Notes: generated from the letters alone by a model not told the origin. DNA of 33,730 nucleotides from Nitrospirota bacterium (GCA_040754455.1 JBFMCP010000035.1:1-33730), one strand, 5' to 3'; counted from the first letter of the stretch, positions 1 through 9,526 are shown. Numbers and translations are program-made.

Positions 1-107
1 TACATCCACGCATTCCTCCGAGGGAGACAGCCTGCTTCACCATCCCTGGTTACGCGTAGGCTGTCTAAACCGCTCTCATACTCTACCCTGCCCGACTCCG
101 GGCTCTT

Positions 108-191
108 TCATTTCGTTAGAGGCTCTTATTTAAAGCGTCCAGCAAAATGAAATCGTGCTTTGAAGTATCGTCATTTTGTCAGACGCTCTTA
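108..191. repeat. Three copies of a ~21-nt motif (two direct, one inverted) in the putative 5' leader of a gene running off the left edge
   Basis: Minus strand TAAGAGCGTCTGACAAAATGA (191-171) and TAAGAGCCTCTAACGAAATGA (128-108); plus strand TAAAGCGTCCAGCAAAATGA (131-150). Confidence 0.75.
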
Positions 192-197
192 ATTTAA

Positions 198-206
198 ATT
201 ATATCA
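198..206 (-). promoter_or_regulatory. Extended -10 promoter (TGnTATAAT) for a leftward gene starting near position 5
   Basis: Minus strand TGATATAAT is a perfect extended -10. GGAGG precedes an ATG at 5-3 on the minus strand. Confidence 0.55.
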
Positions 207-273
207 AACAAGCAGAGGTATACCGAGTGGATGGCGTTGCGGGTGAACACTTCTCTCGGGAAGGGCGAAGAAG

Positions 274-2286
274 TTATATATGGTACTTTTCGGAAAGGAA
301 GCGGTCCGATTCAAGATACTCTATGGCGCGGTTGATATCCTCACGCCTGCCGACAAGCAAAAGGATATCGCCGGGCTCAAGCGTAAATTCAGGTGACGGG
401 TTATGATGCACATGCTCTTTGCGCTGCACAGCAATGATAGTGCAGCCGGTCACTGTCCTGAAACGCAGTTCTCCGATGGAATGGCCTCCCGCTGCGGCTC
501 CCTCTCGCACCAGATACGCCTCGGTCTCTATTCCCTTAAGAATGTCCTGTCGTTCCGAGAGGGGTTTGCGGGGCAACTCCAACGTCCGTAAGAGCCTGTA
601 GCTATCCTTTCTGATAGCATCAATATGCTCCGTGATCACATTCCTTGGAACATGGTAGTGGTGCAGCACCCTTGAAAACACCTCAATCGAGGTCTCAAAT
701 TCTTCCGGGATGACCTCATGTGCGCCAAGCCTTTCAATATCCTCGACTTCGGTGACATACCGGGTCCTGACGATAATGTGCAGATCGGGATTCTCATGTC
801 TGGCGATCTGCACGATTCTCCGTGTCGCGGCGGCATCGGAGATTGCGACAACCAACACTTTCGCCGCATGAATGCCGAGCTTATGGAGGATCTCCGCGGA
901 TGTCCCGTCTCCGTAGTAGATGGGCTCGCCCCGTTTCTTCATCTTTTTCACCGTATTGGCATTCATCTCCAGGATGACGTAAGGGATGCCGGATTTCCTC
1001 AGTACCTTCGCAAGGTTCCTTCCGTTGATGCCGAACCCGACAATGATGACATGTTCCTTTTTCCTCTTCGGATAATCCTGCCGCTCCGCTCTCTGTCGCG
1101 CGCTCTCCATCTTCTTGAAGAACCGCTTCGAAACAAGCCAGGAGAGCACGGCAGGGGAAACACCGATCACAAAGGGTGTCAGAAGCATGGTGAGCACCGA
1201 GGCGGACAAGAACACCTGGTACACATCTTCGGTAATAAGCCCCTGAGCTCTCCCTGCCACGGCGAGGACAAAAGAGAACTCCCCGATCTGGGCCAGGTAG
1301 GTACCCGTTTGAAGGGAGCCCCTCAGCGATTGCCCTATGATCGAGGCGGCAGCAAACGCAGTTATAAACTTAAGGACCAGAATGACCCCTACGACGCTGA
1401 TAATAGCAGGAAAGTTATTCGTCAGGAAGCTCACATCCATGAGCATCCCGATCGATATGAAAAACAGTCCGGTAAAGCTCTCCTTGAAGGGCAGAATATC
1501 GGCGATCGCCTGAGAGGCGTATTCCGACTCGGAAATAACGATGCCTGCCAGAAAGGCGCCCAACGCCAAAGAAAGCCCCAGCTTGAAAGTGAGGAAAGCG
1601 GTGCCGAGGCAGAGCAGCATGATCGTGATCACGAAGAGTTCCCTACTCCTGGTCTTTACGACCTCATGCAGCAGATGCGGCACGCCCCATCGCGCCGACA
1701 GAAGGACCATGCCAATAACAAGGAGCGCTTTCAGCATGCTTGCGGCAATATCGCCATACCCACCACCGCTTCCGGCAAGCACCGGGATGAGGAGCATGAA
1801 CGGCACAACACAAAGGTCCTGGAAGATGAGGATTCCCACCGACATCCGCCCGTGCGGCGCGTTTATTTCAGCCCTGTCCATAAGGAGCTTGATCACAATC
1901 GCGGTGCTGCTGAGCGCGACCAGGAATCCGTCGAAGACCGAGGCATTCAGCTTTTGCTGAAAAAAGAAATAACTGAGGAGTGTCACCGAACCAATCGTCA
2001 GCAGCACCTGGAGCAAACCGCCCCCCATAACGGCGTATCGCAGCATGAGAAGGTTCCGCAGGGAGAACTCGAGCCCTATGGTGAACATGAGCAGAATAAC
2101 ACCGATTTCGGCGAAGACCTCGACCTCTTGAACATCATTGATAAAGCGAAAACCGTAAGGCCCCAGTAGTATCCCGGCGATAAGAAATCCTACGATGGAA
2201 GGTATTCTCAGCCTCCCGAGGGCGAATACCACCACTGCAGAGACGCCGAAAATGATAACAAGAGATTTCAGAAATTCAAATTCCAT
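274..2286 (-). CDS. Monovalent cation:proton antiporter-2 (CPA2, KefB/KefC-like) with TrkA-N and TrkA-C (RCK) domains
   Basis: 670 aa. Multi-TM N-terminus with AEIGVILLMFTIGLEFS, LSSTAIV, GILIFQD, LGAFLAG and QIGEFSFV. HVIIVGFGING Rossmann motif, YGDGT, and a C-terminal RCK_C (TIIAVQR...NPSPEFTLEPGD). Confidence 0.93.
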   Translation of the reverse strand: MEFEFLKSLVIIFGVSAVVVFALGRLRIPSIVGFLIAGILLGPYGFRFINDVQEVEVFAEIGVILLMFTIGLEFSLRNLLMLRYAVMGGGLLQVLLTIGSVTLLSYFFFQQKLNASVFDGFLVALSSTAIVIKLLMDRAEINAPHGRMSVGILIFQDLCVVPFMLLIPVLAGSGGGYGDIAASMLKALLVIGMVLLSARWGVPHLLHEVVKTRSRELFVITIMLLCLGTAFLTFKLGLSLALGAFLAGIVISESEYASQAIADILPFKESFTGLFFISIGMLMDVSFLTNNFPAIISVVGVILVLKFITAFAAASIIGQSLRGSLQTGTYLAQIGEFSFVLAVAGRAQGLITEDVYQVFLSASVLTMLLTPFVIGVSPAVLSWLVSKRFFKKMESARQRAERQDYPKRKKEHVIIVGFGINGRNLAKVLRKSGIPYVILEMNANTVKKMKKRGEPIYYGDGTSAEILHKLGIHAAKVLVVAISDAAATRRIVQIARHENPDLHIIVRTRYVTEVEDIERLGAHEVIPEEFETSIEVFSRVLHHYHVPRNVITEHIDAIRKDSYRLLRTLELPRKPLSERQDILKGIETEAYLVREGAAAGGHSIGELRFRTVTGCTIIAVQRKEHVHHNPSPEFTLEPGDILLLVGRREDINRAIEYLESDRFLSEKYHI

Positions 2287-2292
2287 GCAAGG

Positions 2293-2304
2293 TATGGTAC
2301 CATA
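2293..2304. promoter_or_regulatory. Palindromic bidirectional extended -10 element (TATGGTACCATA)
   Basis: Reads TGgTACCAT on both strands, 7 nt before the ATG at 2286 (-) and 6 nt before the ATG at 2310 (+). Neither gene has a Shine-Dalgarno sequence. Confidence 0.55.
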
Positions 2305-2309
2305 AAATC

Positions 2310-2456
2310 ATGCGACTCTATATCCCGCTCATCTCCGCCCTTGTGGGGTACTACGTCAAATGCCCTCGATGCGGAAAGATTCAGCACTTCGAGGGTACAA
2401 AGAAAGGAGATACTGTTGTCTGTAAGAGGTGCGGCCATGAGTTCAAGCTGAAGTAG
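2310..2456 (+). CDS. Small zinc-ribbon protein (48 aa, two CxxC motifs)
   Basis: My translation: MRLYIPLISALVGYYVKCPRCGKIQHFEGTKKGDTVVCKRCGHEFKLK*. CPRCG and CKRCG knuckles; occupies otherwise intergenic space; below the ORF-track cutoff. Confidence 0.8.
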   Translation: MRLYIPLISALVGYYVKCPRCGKIQHFEGTKKGDTVVCKRCGHEFKLK

Positions 2457-2552
2457 ACTTCCTTTTGGCATGCGGCTCGAAGACCTCCCGCTGCACGTTT
2501 CACGGTTTCCTGACCTCCCCTTGCCACCGTAGCAGTTCGGCCCTTCCGGGGA

Positions 2553-4028
2553 CTATGTCCTCTCGTCCGTTTCAATTAACGATCGCACTTTGGCCAGGAC
2601 ATCTCTGTCCGAGAGAATCAGCAGCCTATCGCCCGGCTTAATTACCGTCCCGCCGGTGGGAACGAAGAATTCGCCATCTCTCCCTATGAGGACAATCAGT
2701 GCACCCTCGGGAAACTTGATATCGACAATCTGCCGGTCGACGATTGCCGAATCGTCGGGCACTTCAACCTCGGTAAGATCACAGCGCATTTTCCCCGAGG
2801 GCTCACATTCTATAGGTGAAACGGGGACTACCGGCAGCGGGGTCTCGAGTCCGAGCCTGCGGGAAACAAAAGGAATTGAAGTACCCTGGAGCAGTGCGGA
2901 AGTGAGCACAATGAAAAAGACGATGTTGAATATCATGTCAGCCTTGGGAATGCCGGCCAGCAGGGGGAATGTGGCCAGAATGATCGGCACGGCCCCGCGC
3001 AGCCCGACCCAGGACACCATGGCCTTCTCCCTCATGCTTATACGAAAGGGGAGCAACGTGAGGAGAACCCCTATAGGGCGGGCGGCAAACATCAGGAAGG
3101 CGGAGATGAGGAGCCCTTCTTCTATAATATGAACAAGACGGGACGGGAACACCAGAAGTCCCAATGTCAGAAACATGGCTATCTGCATGAGCCAGGCAAG
3201 CCCGTCATGAAATCTGAGGAGGCTCCTTTTGTGGATGAAATTCCGGTTCCCCATCACAAGCCCGGCAATATACACGGCGAGGAAACCGTTGCCCTTCAAT
3301 GCAGTGGTCAATCCGTAGGCAAGCAGTACAAATGATAAGCTCAGAACCGGATAAAGGCCATCGTACTCCAGTTTTATAGTATTGATCAAAGCTATCATAC
3401 CTCTGCCCATTACATAACCCATCCCTGCGCCGAGCGCGATCTGAAGAGACCCCATCTGAACAAGAGCCAAGAGAGAGCTCTCCTGCCGGGTCAACACGCT
3501 GATGAATCCTATGGTTAAGAGAATTGCCATAGGGTCGTTACTTCCAGATTCCAGCTCCAGCAACGGCTTCAATGGACCTTTCAGGCTCACCTTTTTGGAC
3601 CTCAGGACAGCAAAGACAGCAGCGGCATCGGTTGAAGAGACCGTCGCACCCAGGAGCAATCCCTCAAGCAGCGTGAAATTGAGAAGTGAAGCGGCAAACC
3701 ATCCCACCAGCATTGCAGTAATGAATACGCCGACCGTGGAAAGCGCGATCCCCTGCCGCAAAACAGGTCGGACACTCGCCCAGTCGGTATCCAGTCCTCC
3801 TGCAAAGAGAATGAACGAGAGGGCTACAACGCCGAGCAGCTGGGTCAGGTACGGGTCATCAAAATGAATACCGCCGGGGCCATCGGAGCCCGCGAGCATT
3901 CCCACGATAAGAAACAAAAGAAGAGAGGGAACACCGAGCCTGCCGGATGCCTTGCTGGCGAAAACGCTCAGGAGCAGAAGAACAGCTGCTCCGAGCAGGA
4001 TGTATTCGGTAGCGATGTAATTGGTCAT
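2553..4028 (-). CDS. cvrA: K+/H+ antiporter NhaP2/CvrA (CPA1) with C-terminal RCK_C domain
   Basis: 491 aa. Motifs [58 protein letters not shown]. Confidence 0.9.
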   Translation of the reverse strand: MTNYIATEYILLGAAVLLLLSVFASKASGRLGVPSLLLFLIVGMLAGSDGPGGIHFDDPYLTQLLGVVALSFILFAGGLDTDWASVRPVLRQGIALSTVGVFITAMLVGWFAASLLNFTLLEGLLLGATVSSTDAAAVFAVLRSKKVSLKGPLKPLLELESGSNDPMAILLTIGFISVLTRQESSLLALVQMGSLQIALGAGMGYVMGRGMIALINTIKLEYDGLYPVLSLSFVLLAYGLTTALKGNGFLAVYIAGLVMGNRNFIHKRSLLRFHDGLAWLMQIAMFLTLGLLVFPSRLVHIIEEGLLISAFLMFAARPIGVLLTLLPFRISMREKAMVSWVGLRGAVPIILATFPLLAGIPKADMIFNIVFFIVLTSALLQGTSIPFVSRRLGLETPLPVVPVSPIECEPSGKMRCDLTEVEVPDDSAIVDRQIVDIKFPEGALIVLIGRDGEFFVPTGGTVIKPGDRLLILSDRDVLAKVRSLIETDERT

Positions 4029-4121
4029 GAGGGTTCATCAGGTGACAGCTTGCTGTAAATGACCAGACGCCGATGGAACTACCGGTACCTGTCACCTCAT
4101 GCATCCATAGAGGACGCAGGG

Positions 4122-4583
4122 TCAGTCTCTGATTTCCTGGCCGGGACTTATAAAAGAGATGCCGGAGCCAGTACGCACCATAACGGACTCGATAACAGGC
4201 GCATTTATTTCCCTCTCGGCTTTCCATTTGACAATGAAGTTTGCGCCGATCCCTCCGGTGGTGTCGCCTGCTTTTATGAAGAAGGAGGCGGATGCCATCG
4301 GGCCCAGCTCGAGCGGCTTACTTATAAGGCGCCGTACCAGTTTACCATGGTCGTCATAATACTCGACCGCCGTCACCGTAAGCGGATACTTCGGATCGGT
4401 GTTGCGGAGAGCCAGGGTCACCGCCAGGTTAACCGGATGACCCTTCTCTCCGGTAAAAACATGAGAATAGACCGGCACATAAACGGTCTGCCCTTTCTTG
4501 AGCCTCACCTCCGGAAAAGCATGCCCTGCTGCCAGAGAGAGCACAGTGAAAATGAAAACAATAAATAAAAAGTAACGCCTCAT
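4122..4583 (-). CDS. DUF3124 family secreted protein
   Basis: 153 aa. Signal peptide, GQTVYVPVYSH, RNTD, GGIGANFIVKW, P-IESVM and GISFISPG motifs. GGAGG RBS. Confidence 0.85.
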   Translation of the reverse strand: MRRYFLFIVFIFTVLSLAAGHAFPEVRLKKGQTVYVPVYSHVFTGEKGHPVNLAVTLALRNTDPKYPLTVTAVEYYDDHGKLVRRLISKPLELGPMASASFFIKAGDTTGGIGANFIVKWKAEREINAPVIESVMVRTGSGISFISPGQEIRD

Positions 4584-4683
4584 AACTCCTCCTTCTTCTC
4601 CTTAATAAGGGTACCGCGGATGACGACCGGCTTCACCGCAATCTTAGGATAATATTTTATTCTATTCTGATGGTAAGAAAGGA

Positions 4684-5679
4684 TTACGGCATCGGGATGC
4701 CTTCATCCCTGAATCGTTTGAGAATTCTCCTCCTCAGTTCATGCTGCACTCTGAACTGATCGCCGAACGTCCGAATGCGGCACACAAGAGTCACTTCGAG
4801 CAAGGTGCCGCCGGCTGCCGGCATCAATTGCGTTGCCGGCTCCGGATCGGCGAGCAGGCCGGGAATTTCACCGATGCCCTTTACGGCCTCTGCAAGGACA
4901 ATCGCCTCTGCCCTTTCAGTATCTGCACCGTACTTTACAGGAAACGGTATCGAGAGCATCATTCCACTGTCGGGCAGGGCATAGTTGATTACGATGCTCT
5001 GCGAGAGCTTGCTGTTGGGGATCACCAGCAGGTTGTCATTGAGCAGCCGCAGACGCGTCGTACGCCACGAAATGTCCTCAATCATCCCCTCCTGGCCTGC
5101 TTCGAGTCGGATGATGTCTCCCACCCTGATCTTCTTCTCTGCGAGGATGTGGATGCCCGCGAAGAGATTTTCGAGTGTATCCTTGAGGGCAAGCGCGACG
5201 GCAAGGCCGCCGACCCCCAGTGCGGTAATGAGCGGCGCAATCGAGATTCCCAGAGAGCTCAATATAATGAGTATCCCGATGAGGATAATGGTCCCCTTCA
5301 GCAGGGCATAGGCGAGCCCTGTGGCGGGAAGGGGAAAGCTTGCTGTCTGAACGTAGTCCCTGAAGACCTTGCCGGTCAGGTGGGCGGTAGCGATCGTTAT
5401 GGAAAAAATGACGATGACATGGATGGTTTTATTCAGGTAGAAGGCATACCTGTCCGGCATATCGGAGACAGCGATCCCGACGTAAAGTCCTATGGCGATA
5501 CACCAGTAAAAGGAAGGCGTCCTGAACGCGCCGATGACGATATCGCCGATTTTGGTGCCGGCCCTTGTTACCAATGGGTGGAGGAGCCTGAAGGCAATCC
5601 CCCTGAGGAACAGCAGCAGCGATGTCACGACGACAAATAAAAAGAACGGCAGGAACAGGTGTCCGAGTTCGGGATTCAT
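4684..5679 (-). CDS. Small-conductance mechanosensitive channel (MscS family)
   Basis: 331 aa. LGVGGLAVALALKDTLENLFAGI TM3, GDII...G..EDISWRTT and IPNS motifs. GAGG RBS. Confidence 0.92.
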   Translation of the reverse strand: MNPELGHLFLPFFLFVVVTSLLLFLRGIAFRLLHPLVTRAGTKIGDIVIGAFRTPSFYWCIAIGLYVGIAVSDMPDRYAFYLNKTIHVIVIFSITIATAHLTGKVFRDYVQTASFPLPATGLAYALLKGTIILIGILIILSSLGISIAPLITALGVGGLAVALALKDTLENLFAGIHILAEKKIRVGDIIRLEAGQEGMIEDISWRTTRLRLLNDNLLVIPNSKLSQSIVINYALPDSGMMLSIPFPVKYGADTERAEAIVLAEAVKGIGEIPGLLADPEPATQLMPAAGGTLLEVTLVCRIRTFGDQFRVQHELRRRILKRFRDEGIPMP

Positions 5680-5800
5680 TGCACCTCCTCTGAGCTACGA
5701 AAGAGCTTCAGCACTTCGATTAAACTATGCCACAAATGAGATGGCGATGCAACGATCCGTCATTATTTCCGCAGGGCTTGACACACGCAGGGCGGCGCTA

Positions 5801-5829
5801 TTGATTCTCAAGAACAAACATACTACAAT
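5801..5829 (+). promoter_or_regulatory. Sigma70-type promoter for a probably leaderless MarC-family gene
   Basis: TTGATT-17 nt-TACAAT, then 7 nt to the ATG at 5837. Confidence 0.6.
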
Positions 5830-5836
5830 CTCCAAT

Positions 5837-6424
5837 ATGGATGGACTGAGCACATACCTCCTCACGATTATTCCCCTGATGGTCGCCATCGATGCCCCCG
5901 GCCTGCTGCCCGTTTATCTTTCGATAACAGAAGGTTTTGAAGCCCACGAGAAAAAGAAAGTAGCGCGCCAGTCCGTGCTCACCGCTTTCTTCGTCACTAT
6001 TATCTTTATCTTTTTGGGGACTGCCGTTTTCAATATTCTGGGGATTCTGGTCGAAGATTTCATGATTGCCGGCGGAATACTCCTCCTGGTCATCTCCGTT
6101 ACCGACATGCTCCATGCAGAGACCAGGAGGATAGCTTCCTCTCCGGCGCTCGGCATCGTCCCTCTGGGAACTCCGTTGCTGGCAGGACCGGCCACCATAA
6201 CCACGTCACTCGTGCTTGTGGGCGAGTACGGGTACATTGCAGTAATCCTTTCACTTACGTTAAACCTGCTCATTGCATGGTTGATCTTTGACAAGGCTGA
6301 TGCGATCGTCAGACTCATGGGGATAAACGGATCGCGGGCCGTCACCCGGCTGATGTCGCTCCTCCTGGCGGCCATAGCGATAAAAATGATACGGACAGGG
6401 ATATTTGCCCTGCTGGGAAGATAA
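5837..6424 (+). CDS. MarC family integral membrane protein
   Basis: Start moved to ATG 5837 (MDGLSTYLL..., 195 aa) because the longer track ORF overlaps mscS. Motifs IAGGILL, IVPLGTPLLAGPATIT, TRLMSLLLAAIA. Confidence 0.9.
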   Translation: MDGLSTYLLTIIPLMVAIDAPGLLPVYLSITEGFEAHEKKKVARQSVLTAFFVTIIFIFLGTAVFNILGILVEDFMIAGGILLLVISVTDMLHAETRRIASSPALGIVPLGTPLLAGPATITTSLVLVGEYGYIAVILSLTLNLLIAWLIFDKADAIVRLMGINGSRAVTRLMSLLLAAIAIKMIRTGIFALLGR

Positions 6425-6428
6425 AATT

Positions 6429-7691
6429 CTATTTTTTGCGATATCGATCAATAATGATATTCACCCGCGTGCCTTTTCCGTGGTCGCTCTCGATGAGCAT
6501 ATCCCATTCGTGGGCCTTGACGATATGCTTGACGATGGCAAGTCCCAGCCCGGTCCCTCCCAGTTCCCTCGACCGCGCCCGGTCAACACGATAAAACCGT
6601 TCGCCGAGACGGTGGAGATGGTGAGGAGGAATGCCGATGCCAGTATCCTGCACATAAAGTGTGACGGTGCCGCCGATCTCATCAAGGCCTGCCGTCACGC
6701 CGCCGAATTCCGTGAATTTGATGCCGTTGTCAACCAGGTTAAGCAGGATCTGTACCAGCCGGTCCTTGTCGGCGGCAACGATCCTGCGGCCCCCGGGCAG
6801 TGCCTTTTTGAGAAAGAGCCCCTTCTTGTCCGCCTTTCCCTGGAGGATCATAAATGCGGTATCGATAACCTGTTCGATATTGACCTCGACTTTCTTGATC
6901 TTCAGATCACCGAGCTCAATGCGCGAGAGCGTCAGCAGGTCGTCCACAAGGCTGTTGAGCCGTTCGCTGTGACTCTTGATCGTCGCGAGGAACCGCACCG
7001 CATTTTCGCGGTCATCGAGTGCGCCGTCGAGGAGCGTCTCGGCAAAGCCTTTTATCGCCGTTATGGGTGTTTTTATTTCGTGCGACACATTCGCAACAAA
7101 GTCCTTCCGCATCTCTTCAAGCTGCCGCAACCTCGTGATGTCGTGGAGCGTCAGGACCACACCGCTCACCGAATCCTCGGCATAGATGGGTATCGCCGTG
7201 GCAACGAGGTGCAGGTCGCGGTATCCTCTCGACACCGAGATCTCTTCGGCAATGATCTCCCAGGATTCGACCGCCTTCCTGAAAAGCTCAATGAGTTGTA
7301 CATTGCGCAGCACCTCGGCGATCTGTCTCCCCTCGATGCTTTTATCGGCGGAAAGAAGCTTTCTGAAGGTACGGTTCGCGAGAATGATCGTGCCGCGCGT
7401 ATCGACGATCAGCACGCCGTCTGACATGCCCCTCAGGATCGCCTCCATCCGCTGCCGCTCGGCCTCGGCAAAATCCAGGCGCGCCTTGATGCCCTCGGTA
7501 ACGGCGACGATATCCTGTGCAATGGTACCGAAAACACCCTTCCCCTGTGAAAACAGACGGGCATTGAAATTCCCCGCGGCTATTTCCTTCAGAAAGTTCG
7601 ACAGTTCATGGAGCGAACGGGAGAGGCGGTTGATGTGGAGAGCAAGGACGAGAATGATACTCAAAAGGGCTATGACAACGACGAGCAGCAT
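6429..7691 (-). CDS. phoR: Sensor histidine kinase, PhoR-like (TM-HAMP-PAS-HisKA-HATPase)
   Basis: RKDFVANVSHEIKTP H-box, NLVDNGIKFT, DTGIGI, ERFYRVDRARSRELGGTGLGLAIVKH. Abuts the upstream response regulator. Confidence 0.85.
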   Translation of the reverse strand: MLLVVVIALLSIILVLALHINRLSRSLHELSNFLKEIAAGNFNARLFSQGKGVFGTIAQDIVAVTEGIKARLDFAEAERQRMEAILRGMSDGVLIVDTRGTIILANRTFRKLLSADKSIEGRQIAEVLRNVQLIELFRKAVESWEIIAEEISVSRGYRDLHLVATAIPIYAEDSVSGVVLTLHDITRLRQLEEMRKDFVANVSHEIKTPITAIKGFAETLLDGALDDRENAVRFLATIKSHSERLNSLVDDLLTLSRIELGDLKIKKVEVNIEQVIDTAFMILQGKADKKGLFLKKALPGGRRIVAADKDRLVQILLNLVDNGIKFTEFGGVTAGLDEIGGTVTLYVQDTGIGIPPHHLHRLGERFYRVDRARSRELGGTGLGLAIVKHIVKAHEWDMLIESDHGKGTRVNIIIDRYRKK

Positions 7692-8402
7692 TCAGGCTTC
7701 GAAAAAATATCCGATGCCGCGCATCGTTTTTATATATTTCGGATTATTGGAGTCGTCCTCCAACTTTGTCCTCAACCTCCGTATATGGACGTCCACCGTG
7801 CGCGGCTCCACAAAGACATCGTTGCCCCAGACGGCATCAAGGAGGTGCTCTCTGTTATAGATTTTGTTGGGCCGCTCGCACAGGTAGAGGAGCAGCTTGA
7901 ATTCCGTAGCGCTGAGCTTTATCGGGCGTCCTCCTACGGAGACCGTATACTTCTCTTTATCGATGACCACATCGCGTATCGTCAAAATGTTCCCCTCACC
8001 CAGCACCGCCTCGGGCTGCGGGGCTTTCCGGATGTCCGCCCTCCTGAGCACCGCCCGTATCCGCGCAACCAGCTCCCGGGGACTGAAGGGCTTTGCAATG
8101 TAATCATCGGCTCCCATCTCCAGGCCTATGACCTTGTCCACCTCTTCTCCCTTTGCGGTAAGCATGACGATGGGAATATGCAGAGTGACGGGATTGTCCC
8201 TGATGGTCCTGCAGAGCTCAAGCCCCTGCATCCCCGGCAACATGAGATCCAACACGACAAGATCATAACCGCCCTCTTTGATCTTTTTGAGCGCGGTCTC
8301 GCCGTCATAGGCGGCTTCCACCGCGAACCCCTCTTTCTTCAGATTGTACGAAACGAGCTCGACAATATCTTTCTCGTCATCAACAACAAGAATGCGCTTC
8401 AT
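7692..8402 (-). CDS. phoB: OmpR/PhoB family response regulator
   Basis: ILVVDDE, LDLMLP, GLEMGADDYIAKPFS and RTVDVHIRRLR winged-helix motif. Confidence 0.82.
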   Translation of the reverse strand: MKRILVVDDEKDIVELVSYNLKKEGFAVEAAYDGETALKKIKEGGYDLVVLDLMLPGMQGLELCRTIRDNPVTLHIPIVMLTAKGEEVDKVIGLEMGADDYIAKPFSPRELVARIRAVLRRADIRKAPQPEAVLGEGNILTIRDVVIDKEKYTVSVGGRPIKLSATEFKLLLYLCERPNKIYNREHLLDAVWGNDVFVEPRTVDVHIRRLRTKLEDDSNNPKYIKTMRGIGYFFEA

Positions 8403-8443
8403 AATGCAAATACCGGTCTGCTCTGTGGTTTGTGATTTGGAAT

Positions 8444-9526
8444 CTAGGCACGATCAAGTACTCTTCTGATATCTTCAGCGGACACGCCCTTTTCTATCCT
8501 GACCGTGCCTATTCCTTCTGGAAGAATAAATTTCATCTCTCCCGCCACGGCCTTTTTGTCGATCCTCATATGCGCAATGAGACGCTCAGGGCTCATCCCC
8601 TCCGGCACGGTCGAAGGGAGACCATACGCTTCGATAAGATGCTTTATCCGGGCTGCCTCCCCGTTGCTCATGAGACCCCTGAGCACCGCGAGGCGCGCGG
8701 CAAGGTGCATACCGATGGCGATTGCCTCGCCATGGAGATATTTCGAATAGCCCGTCTCTGTTTCGATGGCATGCCCGATGGTGTGGCCGTAATTAAGGAT
8801 CGCCCGCAGCCCCGATTCTCTCTCGTCGCCCGAAACCACCTCTGCCTTGATCTCGCAGGAGCGTTTGATAATGGTCTTCAGGGCATCATCCTGCAAGGCG
8901 AAGACAGCCTCCCGCTGCCGCTCCATGAAATCGAAAAATTCTTTATCCCAGATGACGCCGTACTTGATGACCTCGGCGATACCGCAGAGCAGCTCCCTCC
9001 GTGGCAGCGTGGCAAGCGTTGCGCTGTCGATCCATACGAGGCGCGGCTGATGAAATGTGCCGATCATGTTTTTGCCGAGCAGATGGTTCACGCCGGTCTT
9101 CCCCCCTACGGAACTGTCGACCTGAGCGAGAAGCGTGGTAGGCACCTGGACGAAATGGATCCCGCGCATATAGAGCGATGCGGCAAAGCCGGTGATATCT
9201 CCGATAACACCGCCGCCAAGGGCGACGAGGCATGAGTTCCGGTCGAGTCTTTTCTCCAGCAGTTCGGTGAGAATGTGATAGGACCAGAAATAGTCCTTGT
9301 ATCCTTCGCCGTCGGGAATGAGGACGGCGAAGCTGTCGAATCCCGCCGTGCTCAGGGCGTCCCTCACCTGCCCGCCGTAGAGACCGAACACCGTGGGATT
9401 GCTTATGACAGCTATGGTTCGCGTAAATCCGAAGGCGGCGAGCCGCTCCCCTATTCCGGAGAGTATTCCCCTGCCGATAACGATTTCGTAACTGCGCTCA
9501 CCGAGCTCTACGTGTACCTTTTCCAT
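8444..9526 (-). CDS. aroB: 3-dehydroquinate synthase
   Basis: LGGGVIGD, PTTLLAQVDSSVGGKT, LNYGHTIGHAIE, HGEAIAIG. Confidence 0.97.
   Translation of the reverse strand: MEKVHVELGERSYEIVIGRGILSGIGERLAAFGFTRTIAVISNPTVFGLYGGQVRDALSTAGFDSFAVLIPDGEGYKDYFWSYHILTELLEKRLDRNSCLVALGGGVIGDITGFAASLYMRGIHFVQVPTTLLAQVDSSVGGKTGVNHLLGKNMIGTFHQPRLVWIDSATLATLPRRELLCGIAEVIKYGVIWDKEFFDFMERQREAVFALQDDALKTIIKRSCEIKAEVVSGDERESGLRAILNYGHTIGHAIETETGYSKYLHGEAIAIGMHLAARLAVLRGLMSNGEAARIKHLIEAYGLPSTVPEGMSPERLIAHMRIDKKAVAGEMKFILPEGIGTVRIEKGVSAEDIRRVLDRA

Noticed and set aside
718..2169. 483-aa plus-strand ORF
   Set aside because: Antisense shadow of the CPA2 gene with no recognisable motifs.
2457..2552. GC-rich spacer with GGGAGGTC twice, considered as a c-di-AMP riboswitch for the K+ antiporter
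   Set aside because: No match to the ydaO consensus by eye, and it lies between two convergent stop codons.
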